The notes under the pieces were generated by a model, which saw only the letters and a program-made list of their open reading frames with translations, ran no database searches and was not told where the DNA came from. Below, piece by piece: positions 38,012-51,999 of a stretch of DNA of 64,000 nt. The DNA is from Eledone cirrhosa (lineage: Eukaryota): NCBI GenBank assembly GCA_964016885.1, contig OZ024748.1, forward strand, positions 10,354,001 to 10,418,000. The letters are read 5' to 3'. The position numbers and the translations under genes are program-made. Position 1 is the first letter of the stretch; each line of letters begins with the position of its first letter.

Positions 38012-39189
38012 GTCAGTAAACTGTGGAAATGCTGGGGCACTGGTTTAACTGCTAAAGGCTTAATAATGAGTAAGTTTGTTATATTACTACACACAACTTC
38101 TTGACTATTTCTAAAATCAAATAAAAATCGTACTAGGTAGTGCCTTTCATTAGATATATGGTTATGAAAGAGTTAAATCACTCAGAATACCCCTCTATGA
38201 TTTATAGCCTCATAAAAGGCCAGCTAAACCTACATAGGTGTGAGCTGTAATAGTAACAACAACAACATAGAAGCTACTTCCATTCTATTGGATTGTTCTG
38301 GGTTTAATTTCTGCCTGAATGAAGTTTGTTTTCTTTTTTTATTAATTTCATATATTTATTCATAAAATTTTATTTTACATTTTCGCGCGCGCGCGCGCTT
38401 GTATGTGTGTATGATTGGCTTCCATGTCAACTGGTACCCAAGACAACTAGTGACCATAACAACTGGAACTATGCTGGTATTTAATTAAACAACATTTATA
38501 TTTGAAACAGAAGGAAAGAGAGAGGGAAACAGCAGGAGAGATAGACAGATAGGTAGAGAGACATAAGACAATTTTAATGTAGTATGAGTTAAAATGATGA
38601 GCTACAGTTTTGACCTTAAACTTACATTTATTTGAAGGGGAGAGTGTGTGGGGAGAGGGGAGGCAGTGGGAGGAGAGAGTGGAGGGAGGGAGTGGGGCAG
38701 TGTTTAGTTGTTTGGAACCAGACCAACTAACAACTGGACAATACATGAATATTACAACAATAAAAACAACAAACTAATAAAGAGTGTTGGTGGTGGTAGT
38801 GGTGATGGTGGTGGTTAGGAGAGTGTGGTGATAGTGATGGTGGTGGTAGTGGTTAGGTGAGTGTGGTGGTGGTGGTGAAGATGATGGTGCTTGCTTGGTG
38901 ATACTGTGTGGTGGTGGTGGTGGTGGTTAGGTGAGTGTGGTGGTGATGATGATGGTACTTGCTTGGTGATATGGTAAGTGTGGTAGTGGTGCTGGTAACA
39001 AAAATGAGAAACAATAGCCTTGACCAATCATATGACAGATACATGTGAATGACCAAGTAGTGGTGGGAGGGGGGCGCAGTGGTAGTGATGGGGGGGGGGG
39101 GTAATGATGGGGGTGTATGTGGAAATTATGGAATACCTGGTACATTGTCCCAGACTTCTGTCATAAACTGTCTTTTTGAGCCAACCTCA

Positions 39190-40620
39190 ATTACTACACC
39201 ACACTACATCATATCACACAACACTACATCATATCACACCACACTACATCATATCACACCACACTACAGATACATATATATTACACCACACTACACTACA
39301 CCACACTATATCATATCACATTACACCACACTACATCACATCACACAACACTACACATACATATATATTACACCACACTACATCATATCACACAACGCTA
39401 CACATATATATTACACCACACTACATCATATCACACAACGCTACACATATATATTACACCACACTACATCATATCACACAACACTACACATACATATATA
39501 TTACACCACACTACACCATATCACACATCACTACACATACATATATATTACACCACACTACATCATATCACACAACACTACACATACATATATATTACAC
39601 CACACTACACTACATCATATCACATTACACTACATCACATCACACAACACTACACATATATATATATTACACCACACTACACTACATCATATCACATTAC
39701 ACTACATCACATCACACAACACTACACATATATATATATATTACACCACACTACACAACATCATATCACATTACACTACATCACATCACACAACACTACA
39801 CATACATATATATTACACCACACTACACTACATCATATCACATTACACTACATCACATCACACAACACTACACATACATATATATTACACCACACTACAC
39901 TACATCATATCACATTACACTACATCACATCACACAACACTACACATATATATATATTACACCACACTACACTACATCATATCACATTACACTACATCAC
40001 ATCACACAACACTACACATACATATATATTACACCACACTACACTACATCATATCACATTACACTACATCACATCACACAACACTACACATACCTATATA
40101 TTACACCACACTACACTACATCATATCACATTACACTACATCACATCACACAACACTACACATACATATATATTACACCACACTACACTACATCATATCA
40201 CATTACACCACACTACATCACATCACACAACACTACACATACATATATATTACACCACACTACACTACACCACACTACATCATATCACATTACACTACAT
40301 CATATCACACAACACTACACATATATATTACACCACACTACATCATATCACATTACACTACATCATATCACACAACACTACACATACATATATATTACAC
40401 CACACTACACTACACCACACTACATCATATCACACAACACTACACATACATATATATTACACCACACATTACACCGTTCTACACTGTATTACAATATGCA
40501 ACACCACACTACACTACTCAACACTAGACCACATTCCAGTACACCCCACAACACTACACTACATCACACAATACTACACAACACCACACTACACTATATT
40601 CTCCAGCTACATTACGACAC
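39190..40620. repeat. G-free pentamer-derived satellite (CACTA/CATCA) with a ~72-bp higher-order unit
   Basis: TATTACACC recurs at 39811 and 39883. The lack of G removes most stop codons and produces the spurious 480-aa ORFs. Confidence 0.93.
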
Positions 40621-41466
40621 TTTAGTGTGTTACCGATAAACCCTTGATGTATCATGACACCTTAGTGTGTTGCTAATAACCTGTAGGTGTGTTATGAACT
40701 TAAATCATATCCGATCCAACTTGTACAAATAATTTAGGCTGTAAAGTATACACACAAACATAAATATATATATATACATCATCGCTTTTATGTCCACATA
40801 TACACACATTAAACATTTAGTATATATATCCACACACAAACATACACACATATTAAATAATTAGCACACACACACACATATATATGTACACATACAAACA
40901 TTAACCATTTAGCATATATATATATGTATATACACACACATACATACATATGTGTGTGTGTGTGTGCACACATTTAACATCTGACAACTCAACATAGAAT
41001 TAAACAGAACATGTGATATTGTATTTAATTGCTTATTTATTAATTTCTAGTTGCTAATGAAACTTGATTAAGGTGACAACATTTTTTTTAATTTCATTTA
41101 AAAGAAAAAAGAAAAAGAAAAGAAAAACAGTATTGGCGTCAATGTGAAAAAGATTGGAAATCTGAAGCACTGAATACACTAAAAAGAGATACACCTACTC
41201 CACTGGCATTCCAGCAACTTGAACATAAACTCTGCTTAAAAGGTAACTCCGGAACTGATGTATGTTTTAAATACTTGCCATATACATAAAGACACCTGCA
41301 AACACTCACCTTGCTTAATATCAGAAACATTGATAAAAAGATAGAGAGAAAGAGGTGATGGAAGAATTGAATAAGAAAATGGTGGAATGTAGGAAGGAGT
41401 GGAGAATGTTAAAAAAAATAATAGAGTCTCCTCATAGGTTGAGTTTTATGGCTGTTTTTATTTTAC

Positions 41467-41601
41467 CTTTAATCTAGCAGCTTGGTGGAAATAGGACGAA
41501 CAAATGCTCTTCCGAGCGACATCCCAGTCATTGCCGCAGGAGATCAGATCCATCTTTTGCTGGTCCATAATCTCTTTCAATTGCTGCCGGACTTCTCGTA
41601 C
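41467..41601 (-). CDS. DHX38: DHX38 exon
   Basis: ttcag|GTA...AAG|gtaaaa. Encodes [45 protein letters not shown]. Confidence 0.96.
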
Positions 41602-42213
41602 CTGAAACATCATTAACAAAGGTATGAAGTGTTTGATTATATTATATATTTTTTGCATCTGATGTTTTTTTAATAATTAGGGGGTGGGGTGAGGGGGCCT
41701 GACAACCTCCCTGGTGTTGGTGCCATGATAAAACACACACAATACAGCCCCTGTAAAGTGGTTGGTGGTAGGAAGAGCAGCCAGCCAGCCATAGTAAACT
41801 GGACAAATATAGGGTCGAGAGATTTCTTCAGTTGTGTCTAGGGCATGACAACCTCCCTAGTTTGAGTGCCACAATAATGTACACCCAGTGCACTCTGTAA
41901 ATTGCAGCAGTGTATGTAGGCGAGATGCACATAGCTTCAATCTGAGAGACTCGGTAGCTTCAAGAGTAAGTATTGACTTGCTCTGTGACGAGCCGTCCAA
42001 CCCTTGTTAGCAGAGAAAATAAACTTTAAATGATAATGCTGTTGATAATATACATATATACATATGTGTGTGCGTGTGTGTATGTGTGTGAGTGTATCTA
42101 TCTATATAGATAAGGTATATATATATATAAGTACACCCTTAAAAAGGCTTGCTGAACACAAGTCAAAACAGCTTGGAGTCATGGTTGGGTTTATACCTTC
42201 ATCTTTCTCTCTC

Positions 42214-42900
42214 TCATCATCATCGTTTAACGTCTATTTTCCATGCTAGCATGGGTTAGACGGGTTTTATCATTACAAGTAAGTTGGGTCGCATGACTGT
42301 GTCTTGCTCATATAGGACTGTTTCTGGCTAGGTTTCTATAGCTGGATGCCCTTCCTAACGCCAACCATATTTACAGTGAGTGCTGGGTGCTTTTTTTATT
42401 GTGACACCTACAGCATATAAATCTTATGAGTTATTGAAGTACAGAGAATGTTTGAAATTTGAAAATGTGAGAGTCCAAAATGCAAAAAGCAACTTTGATC
42501 ACTAGATAATAGTTGAGAAAATTGACCACAACTGACAGAAAAAAGGGGAGTTCAACCAATTATTTCAACTATTACTACAGTTGCTTTCTGCATTTGTGAC
42601 TATATATATATATATATATATATATCATCATCATCATCATCATCATCACAACTGTTTAATGTTCATCTTTCCAAACTAGCATGTACTAGACGAGTTGTCT
42701 CATTGTGTGACAAGTCAGATCAGGTGACCATGTCTTGCACATACAGAACTGTTTCTGGCTTGGTTTCTACAACTGGATGTCCTTCCTAACGCCAACAACA
42801 TTTACTGTGTGGACTTGGGCAGGGTGCTTTTTATTGTGGCACCAAAACAACCACTTTATAGTGTGGACTGGGTGCTTTTGTCGTGACACCAACCACATAT
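42214..42900 (-). mobile_element. Cluster of RTE LINE 3'-UTR tail copies; many others at about 19860-20140, 22455-22640, 26050-26345, 41700-42030, 53144-53370 and 55195-55280
   Basis: CATCATCGTTTAACGTC.ATTTTCCATGCTAGCATGGGTTAGACG...GCTGGATGCCCTTCCTAACGCCAAC matches 60663-60830. Confidence 0.8.
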
Positions 42901-43180
42901 AGCAAACGGTCCCTGAATTGAGATAACACCATATTAGGAGGCTGTCCCTGAATTGAATTTTCTATCTTCTATCTTTTACTTTTTTCTCTATATCCTATCT
43001 TCCATTCTCTGTTTGGATTCAATGTAATCCTGTTATATAATTCTGCAAATAACACCTGATGATATCGCCTAGTCTTGCATGATAATCAGATGATAGAGCT
43101 GGACATGGAAATATGTATAGTGCTTTCGCAGTATTAAAATTCTAACGTAAATTTTCCAGTCCAGCCTTCTGTTGTTTTAA

Positions 43181-43219
<39 letters not shown>

Positions 43220-43445
43220 TGTTATACTTGGGGAGGGTCATATTGTTGTAATAATATTGCCAGAAATAATAACAGAACACACTCACTGTTTGGTTGGTTT
43301 TCGCTTCTGTATCTTTTATATCTCCATAGTTAATTTATTTGGCAATCAATGTTTATCATTGATTGACCAACGGTTAAAAATACAGATGTAAATATATATA
43401 TATAGTTTATCAAAGTTCTTTCGTTGCACATCTGCAACATCATCA

Positions 43446-43527
<82 letters not shown>

Positions 43528-43824
43528 AATGTAATGTGTGTATATATATATATATATATATAAGGTAAATTTAATGTGTGTGTGTGTATATAAATATATA
43601 TATATATTTAAGGTAAATTACTCTACAAGGGAATTAAATGTTACATCCTTTGTAATTGAATGAAACATATGTAAAACAATATATTAATATATCAAACCTT
43701 GGTGATTGTTTCATTTTCATATCTTGTGTGTATGTGTGTATATATATATGGGTGTGTGTATATGTGTGTGTTTATATATGTGTGTGTGTGTATGTGTGAG
43801 TGGGTGCGTGTGTATGGGTATTTA

Positions 43825-43869
<45 letters not shown>

Positions 43870-44017
43870 GACATAATTGATAGTGTAAGCATATTACATA
43901 AAACTGAAGAAGGTGAATAACCTGAATCTACAAAGTGTATATAGTGGAGATACGGGGGTAGAATTGTTGGAGAGAGGATAAGAGGAAGAAGAACAGATAT
44001 CAGTGAGTTATTAATGA

Positions 44018-44400
44018 CACTCACACACACAGACACATAGATACACACTCACACATGGGCACAGATACACAGACACACACATGAGCAGACACATACACAG
44101 ACACAGATACATATAGACACACACATGAGCAGACATACACAGACACAGATACACACATGAGCAGACATACACATACACAGACACAGATACACACATGAGC
44201 AGACATACACAGGCACATACACAGACACAGATACACATAGACACGCACATGAGCAGACATACACAGACACACATGAGCAGACATACACAGACATATACAC
44301 AGACACAGATACACACAAGCTCACACACACACACGAGCAAACATACACAGACACACACATATGTGAGCAGACACACACACACAGACATGTATAACATACA
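44018..44400. repeat. CA-rich compound microsatellite with recurring ACATGAGCAGAC
   Basis: Direct inspection. Confidence 0.85.
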
Positions 44401-44462
44401 TACATAATGTCAAATTGTTCACAGATGACAAAGTTTGACACTGTTTATAAAAACACACTCAC

Positions 44463-44517
44463 CTTTCTCATGGCTTTAATATGAATGAAATGTTCTGTGC
44501 ACCAGTTGGCTGAATAA
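44463..44517 (-). CDS. DHX38: DHX38 exon
   Basis: ctag|T...AAG|gtgagt. Encodes YSANWCTEHFIHIKAMRK. Confidence 0.95.
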
Positions 44518-44564
44518 CTAGAGGAGGGGAGAGAAAGATGGTGATGATAATACTAATAATAATA

Positions 44565-44750
44565 ATAATTGTTTCAACTTTTGGCACAAGGCCAGCAATT
44601 ACCCAGTACATTACTGGTACTTTATTTTATCGAGCCCGTAAGGATGAGAGGCAAAGTTAACCTTGGCAGGAATTGAACTCAGTCCATAAAGGGACGTAAC
44701 TGTGCTGCGAAGCAGGTTGTCCGATCCTCTACCGATACTGCCAATCCGTC

Positions 44751-44811
<61 letters not shown>

Positions 44812-44910
44812 GTTTCTGATTTGGGTACAAGGCCAACAATTTTGATGGAGGAGAAAGTCGATTAAATTGACCCCAGTACATGACTGGTACTTTATTTTAT
44901 TGACCCCCGT
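44565..44910 (-). mobile_element. Two tandem copies of the same SINE family. Other partial copies lie at about 115-172, 14521-14600, 15770-16165, 23940-24060, 31600-31790, 36102-36205 and 55912-56003.
   Basis: Reverse complement of GGGTCGATAAAATAAAGTACCAGTAATG...GCCTTGTGCC.AAAGTAGAAACAATT with (ATT)n tails. Confidence 0.82.
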
Positions 44911-45098
44911 CAAGATGTAAGGCCATAGTTTATAACCACTACAATGATAAATATAAACAGGTAGGAGATTAACCTGGACCATCTCATATATATATATATA
45001 GGGAGAGTGTAACTTGGAGTTACTGTAGGTTCACCCAGGAGAGCACTCGATGTTTACGTTCACTTCTGTGTCGAGGTGTAGAGATAGATAGAGTGTAT

Positions 45099-45381
45099 TA
45101 TAGTAAAATAAAACATGGACCATTGGTTACTCCTTCATTACGTTTATTGGTTGGTGACACGCGTTTCGCCCCTGATCAACTCAAGGTTCGATTTGTATCG
45201 ATCTAGGCCGACTCTTTTTTTTTTTTCATTACAATTCTAAGGGGTCTGATGAGCCGTGGATTACAGAATTGGGCTAGCTCAATACAGATCGAACCTTGAG
45301 CTGATCAGGGGCGAAACACGTGTCACCAACCAATAAACATAGTGAAGGAGTAACCAATCGTCCTTGTTTAATTTTACTATA
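45099..45381 (+). mobile_element. Penelope-like pseudo-LTR remnant in inverted arrangement with a hammerhead core
   Basis: Inverted arms about 45099-45207 and 45271-45381. GGT-CTGATGA-GCC...GGC-GAAAC-ACGT-GTC-ACC at 45243-45327. Flanked by (TA)n. Confidence 0.6.
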
Positions 45382-45679
45382 TATATATATATACAACTCA
45401 GGTCACGTCCAATCAAGCTATGTCAGAGCATCATTTACTTCACGTTAATTAGAGCCTACCAGCTATTGCTCTGTATGCAAATGAGCTTTGTCAGCCGATG
45501 TTCATAATCATAAACGAATATAAGCTTTCAGTTCTTTTGTCTTAGCATTCAAGAGGAGTCAACCCTCCTAATGATGGTTAATGAACCATTAACAGTGCCA
45601 CCAGAGTGCTCTCCCTTGGTCTGTAAGAACAGATGGTAGCATATTTATCATTATCATTGTCATGTCAATTTTCCAAGAT

Positions 45680-48600
45680 AGTGTAGGTTGGAAGGTCTGC
45701 CACAGCCCATGGCTAGACAGCTTGGAGTGGTGTGGGATGGATGGCCTGTCACAGCCAATGGCTAGACAGCTTGGAGTGGTGCGGGATGGATGGCCTGCCA
45801 CAGCCAATGGCTAGACAGCTTGGAGTGGTGCGGGATGGATGGCCTGTCACAGCCAATGGCTAGACAGCTTGGAGTGGTGTGGGATGGATGGCCTGCCACA
45901 GCCAATGGCTAGACAGCTTGGAGTGGTGTGGGATGGATGGCCTGCCACAGCCAATGGCTAGACAGCTTGGAGTGGTGTGGGATGGATGGCCTGCCACAGC
46001 CAATGGCTAGACAGCTTGGAGTGGTGCGGGATGGATGGCCTGTCACAGCCCATGGCTAGACAGCTTGGAGTGGTGTGGGATGGCTGGCCTGTCACAGCCC
46101 ATGGCTAGACAGCTTGGAGTGGTGTGGGATGGCTGGCCTGTCACAGCCCATGGCTAGACAGCTTGGAGTGGTGTGGGATGGCTGGCCTGTCACAGCCCAT
46201 GGCTAGACAGCTTGGAGTGGTGTGGGATGGATGGCCTGTCACAGCCCATGGCTAGACAGCTTGGAGTGGTGTGGGATGGCTGGCCTGTCACAGCCCATGG
46301 CTAGACAGCTTGGAGTGGTGTGGGATGGATGGCCTGTCACAGCCCATGGCTAGACAGCTTGGAGTGGTGCGGGATGGATGGCCTGTCACAGCCCATGGCT
46401 AGACAGCTTGGAGTGGTGTGGGATGGATGGCCTGTCACAGCCAATGGCTAGACAGCTTGGAGTGGTGTGGGATGGATGGCCTGTCACAGCCCATGGCTAG
46501 ACAGCTTGGAGTGGTGCGGGATGGATGGCCTGCCACAGCCCATGGCTAGACAGCTTGGAGTGGTGTGGGATGGATGGCCTGTCACAGCCAATGGCTAGAC
46601 AGCTTGGAGTGGTGTGGGATGGATGGCCTGTCACAGCCCATGGCTAGACAGCTTGGAGTGGTGTGGGATGGATGGCCTGTCACAGCCAATGGCTAGATAG
46701 CTTGGAGTGGTGCGGGATGGATGGCCTGCCACAGCCCATGGCTAGACAGCTTGGAGTGGTGTGGGATGGCTGGCCTGCCACAGCCAATGGCTAGACAGCT
46801 TGGAGTGGTGTGGGATGGATGGCCTGTCACAGCCCATGGCTAGACAGCTTGGAGTGGTGTGGGATGGATGGCCTGCCACAGCCAATGGCTAGATAGCTTG
46901 GAGTGGTGCGGGATGGATGGCCTGTCACAGCCAATGGCTAGACAGCTTGGAGTGGTGCGGGATGGATGGCCTGCCACAGCCCATGGCTAGATAGCTTGGA
47001 GTGGTGCGGGATGGATGGCCTGCCACAGCCCATGGCTAGACAGCTTGGAGTGGTGTGGGATGGATGGCCTGCCACAGCCCATGGCTAGACAGCTTGGAGT
47101 GGTGTGGGATGGATGGCCTGCCACAGCCAATGGCTAGATAGCTTGGAGTGGTGCGGGATGGATGGCCTGTCACAGCCAATGGCTAGACAGCTTGGAGTGG
47201 TGCGGGATGGATGGCCTGCCACAGCCCATGGCTAGATAGCTTGGAGTGGTGCGGGATGGATGGCCTGCCACAGCCCATGGCTAGACAGCTTGGAGTGGTG
47301 TGGGATGGATGGCCTGCCACAGCCCATGGCTAGACAGCTTGGAGTGGTGTGGGATGGATGGCCTGCCACAGCCAATGGCTAGATAGCTTGGAGTGGTGCG
47401 GGATGGATGGCCTGTCACAGCCAATGGCTAGACAGCTTGGAGTGGTGTGGGATGGATGGCCTGCCACAGCCCATGGCTAGACAGCTTGGAGTGGTGCGGG
47501 ATGGATGGCCTGCCACAGCCAATGGCTAGACAGCTTGGAGTGGTGCGGGATGGATGGCCTGTCACAGCCAATGGCTAGACAGCTTGGAGTGGTGCGGGAT
47601 GGATGGCCTGCCACAGCCCATGGCTAGACAGCTTGGAGTGGTGCGGGATGGATGGCCTGTCACAGCCAATAGCTAGACAGCTTGGAGTGGTGCGGGATGG
47701 ATGGCCTGTCACAGCCAATGGCTAGACAGCTTGGAGTGGTGTGGGATGGATGGCCTGCCACAGCCCATGGCTAGACAGCTTGGAGTGGTGTGGGATGGAT
47801 GGCCTGTCACAGCCAATAGCTAGACAGCTTGGAGTGGTGCGGGATGGATGGCCTGTCACAGCCAATGGCTAGACAGCTTGGAGTGGTGTGGGATGGATGG
47901 CCTGTCACAGCCAATGGCTAGACAGCTTGGAGTGGTGCGGGATGGATGGCCTGTCACAGCCCATGGCTAGACAGCTTGGAGTGGTGTGGGATGGATGGCC
48001 TGTCACAGCCAATGGCTAGACAGCTTGGAGTGGTGTGGGATGGATGGCCTGCCACAGCCAATGGCTAGACAGCTTGGAGTGGTGCGGGATGGATGGCCTG
48101 CCACAGCCAATGGCTAGACAGCTTGGAGTGGTGCGGGATGGATGGCCTGTCACAGCCCATGGCTAGACAGCTTGGAGTGGTGCGGGATGGATGGCCTGTC
48201 ACAGCCCATGGCTAGACAGCTTGGAGTGGTGTGGGATGGATGGCCTGTCACAGCCAATGGCTAGACAGCTTGGAGTGGTGTGGGATGGATGGCCTGTCAC
48301 AGCCCATGGCTAGACAGCTTGGAGTGGTGCGGGATGGATGGCCTGCCACAGCCCATGGCTAGACAGCTTGGAGTGGTGTGGGATGGATGGCCTGTCACAG
48401 CCAATGGCTAGACAGCTTGGAGTGGTGTGGGATGGATGGCCTGTCACAGCCCATGGCTAGACAGCTTGGAGTGGTGTGGGATGGCTGGCCTGCCACAGCC
48501 CATGGCTAGACAGCTTGGAGTGGTGCGGGATGGATGGCCTGCCACAGCCCATGGCTAGACAGCTTGGAGTGGTGCGGGATGGATGGCCTGCCACAGCCCA

Positions 48601-51600
48601 TGGCTAGACAGCTTGGAGTGGTGTGGGATGGCTGGCCTGTCACAGCCAATGGCTAGACAGCTTGGAGTGGTGTGGGATGGATGGCCTGCCACAGCCAATG
48701 GCTAGATAGCTTGGAGTGGTGCGGGATGGATGGCCTGCCACAGCCAATGGCTAGATAGCTTGGAGTGGTGCGGGATGGATGGCCTGTCACAGCCAATGGC
48801 TAGACAGCTTGGAGTGGTGCGGGATGGATGGCCTGCCACAGCCCATGGCTAGATAGCTTGGAGTGGTGCGGGATGGATGGCCTGCCACAGCCCATGGCTA
48901 GACAGCTTGGAGTGGTGTGGGATGGATGGCCTGCCACAGCCCATGGCTAGACAGCTTGGAGTGGTGTGGGATGGATGGCCTGCCACAGCCAATGGCTAGA
49001 TAGCTTGGAGTGGTGCGGGATGGATGGCCTGTCACAGCCAATGGCTAGACAGCTTGGAGTGGTGCGGGATGGATGGCCTGCCACAGCCCATGGCTAGATA
49101 GCTTGGAGTGGTGCGCGATGGATGGCCTGCCACAGCCCATGGCTAGACAGCTTGGAGTGGTGTGGGATGGATGGCCTGCCACAGCCCATGGCTAGACAGC
49201 TTGGAGTGGTGTGGGATGGATGGCCTGCCACAGCCAATGGCTAGATAGCTTGGAGTGGTGCGGGATGGATGGCCTGTCACAGCCAATGGCTAGACAGCTT
49301 GGAGTGGTGTGGGATGGATGGCCTGCCACAGCCCATGGCTAGACAGCTTGGAGTGGTGCGGGATGGATGGCCTGCCACAGCCAATGGCTAGACAGCTTGG
49401 AGTGGTGCGGGATGGATGGCCTGTCACAGCCAATGGCTAGACAGCTTGGAGTGGTGTGGGATGGATGGCCTGTCACAGCCAATGGCTAGACAGCTTGGAG
49501 TGGTGCGGGATGGATGGCCTGTCACAGCCAATGGCTAGACAGCTTGGAGTGGTGTGGGATGGATGGCCTGTCACAGCCAATGGCTAGACAGCTTGGAGTG
49601 GTGTGGGATGGATGGCCTGTCACAGCCAATGGCTAGACAGCTTGGAGTGGTGTGGGATGGATGGCCTGCCACAGCCAATGGCTAGACAGCTTGGAGTGGT
49701 GTGGGATGGATGGCCTGTCACAGCCAATAGCTAGACAGCTTGGAGTGGTGCGGGATGGATGGCCTGTCACAGCCAATGGCTAGACAGCTTGGAGTGGTGT
49801 GGGATGGATGGCCTGCCACAGCCCATGGCTAGACAGCTTGGAGTGGTGTGGGATGGATGGCCTGTCACAGCCAATGGCTAGACAGCTTGGAGTGGTGCGG
49901 GATGGATGGCCTGTCACAGCCAATGGCTAGACAGCTTGGAGTGGTGTGGGATGGATGGCCTGTCACAGCCAATGGCTAGACAGCTTGGAGTGGTGTGGGA
50001 TGGATGGCCTGCCACAGCCCATGGCTAGACAGCTTGGAGTGGTGTGGGATGGATGGCCTGTCACAGCCAATGGCTAGACAGCTTGGAGTGGTGCGGGATG
50101 GATGGCCTGTCACAGCCAATGGCTAGACAGCTTGGAGTGGTGTGGGATGGATGGCCTGCCACAGCCCATGGCTAGACAGCTTGGAGTGGTGTGGGATGGA
50201 TGGCCTGTCACAGCCAATGGCTAGACAGCTTGGAGTGGTGCGGGATGGATGGCCTGTCACAGCCAATGGCTAGACAGCTTGGAGTGGTGTGGGATGGATG
50301 GCCTGCCACAGCCCATGGCTAGACAGCTTGGAGTGGTGCGGGATGGATGGCCTGTCACAGCCAATGGCTAGACAGCTTGGAGTGGTGTGGGATGGATGGC
50401 CTGTCACAGCCAATGGCTAGACAGCTTGGAGTTGTGTGGGATGGATGGCCTGTCACAGCCAATGGCTAGACAGCTTGGAGTGGTGTGGGATGGATGGCCT
50501 GTCACAGCCAATGGCTAGACAGCTTGGAGTTGTGTGGGATGGATGGCCTGCCACAGCCCATGGCTAGACAGCTTGGAGTGGTGTGGGATGGCTGGCCTGT
50601 CACAGCCAATGGCTAGACAGCTTGGAGTGGTGTGGGATGGATGGCCTGTCACAGCCCATGGCTAGACAGCTTGGAGTGGTGTGGGATGGATGGCCTGTCA
50701 CAGCCAATGGCTAGACAGCTTGGAGTGGTGTGGGATGGCTGGCCTGTCACAGCCAATGGCTAGACAGCTTGGAGTGGTGTGGGATGGATGGCCTGTCACA
50801 GCCCATGGCTAGACAGCTTGGAGTGGTGTGGGATGGATGGCCTGTCACAGCCAATGGCTAGACAGCTTGGAGTGGTGTGGGATGGCTGGCCTGTCACAGC
50901 CAATGGCTAGACAGCTTGGAGTGGTGTGGGATGGATGGCCTGTCACAGCCCATGGCTAGACAGCTTGGAGTGGTGTGGGATGGATGGCCTGTCACAGCCC
51001 ATGGCTAGACAGCTTGGAGTGGTGTGGGATGGATGGCCTGTCACAGCCAATGGCTAGACAGCTTGGAGTGGTGCGGGATGGTTGGCCTGTCACAGCCAAT
51101 AGCTAGACAGCTTGGAGTGGTGTGGGATGGATGGCCTGTCACAGCCAATAGCTAGACAGCTTGGAGTGGTGTGGGATGGATGGCCTGTCACAGCCAATGG
51201 CTAGACAGCTTGGAGTGGTGTGGGATGGATGGCCTGTCACAGCCCATGGCTAGACAGCTTGGAGTGGTGTGGGATGGATGGCCTGTCACAGCCAATGGCT
51301 AGACAGCTTGGAGTGGTGCGGGATGGATGGCTTGTCACAGCCCATGGCTAGACAGCTTGGAGTGGTGTGGGATGGCTGGCCTGTCACAGCCAATGGCTAG
51401 ACAGCTTGGAGTGGTGCGGGATGGTTGGCCTGTCACAGCCCATGGCTAGACAGCTTGGAGTGGTGTGGGATGGATGGCCTGTCACAGCCAATGGCTAGAC
51501 AGCTTGGAGTGGTGTGGGATGGCTGGCCTGTCACAGCCCATGGCTAGACAGCTTGGAGTGGTGTGGGATGGATGGCCTGTCACAGCCCATGGCTAGACAG

Positions 51601-51999
51601 CTTGGAGTGGTGTGGGATGGCTGGCCTGTCACAGCCAATGGCTAGACAGCTTGGAGTGGTGCGGGATGGTTGGCCTGTCACAGCCAATAGCTAGACAGCT
51701 TGGAGTGGTGTGGGATGGATGGCCTGTCACAGCCAATAGCTAGACAGCTTGGAGTGGTGTGGGATGGATGGCCTGTCACAGCCAATGGCTAGACAGCTTG
51801 GAGTGGTGTGGGATGGATGGCCTGTCACAGCCCATGGCTAGACAGCTTGGAGTGGTGTGGGATGGATGGCCTGTCACAGCCAATGGCTAGACAGCTTGGA
51901 GTGGTGCGGGATGGATGGCCTGCCACAGCCCATGGCTAGACAGCTTGGAGTGGTGCGGGATGGATGGCCTGTCACAGCCAATGGCTAGACAGCTTGGAG
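45680..51999. repeat. 49-bp GC-rich minisatellite, about 129 copies, in a DHX38 intron
   Basis: Unit GCCAATGGCTAGACAGCTTGGAGTGGTGTGGGATGGATGGCCTGTCACA with about six variable positions. Confidence 0.98.

Noticed and set aside
39079-40639. 482- and 487-aa His/Thr/Tyr-rich ORFs
   Set aside because: They are translations of a G-free satellite, open in several frames and located in a DHX38 intron.
45680-51999. Regular array resembling CRISPR
   Set aside because: Head-to-tail identical units with no unique spacers and no cas genes; it lies in a eukaryotic intron.
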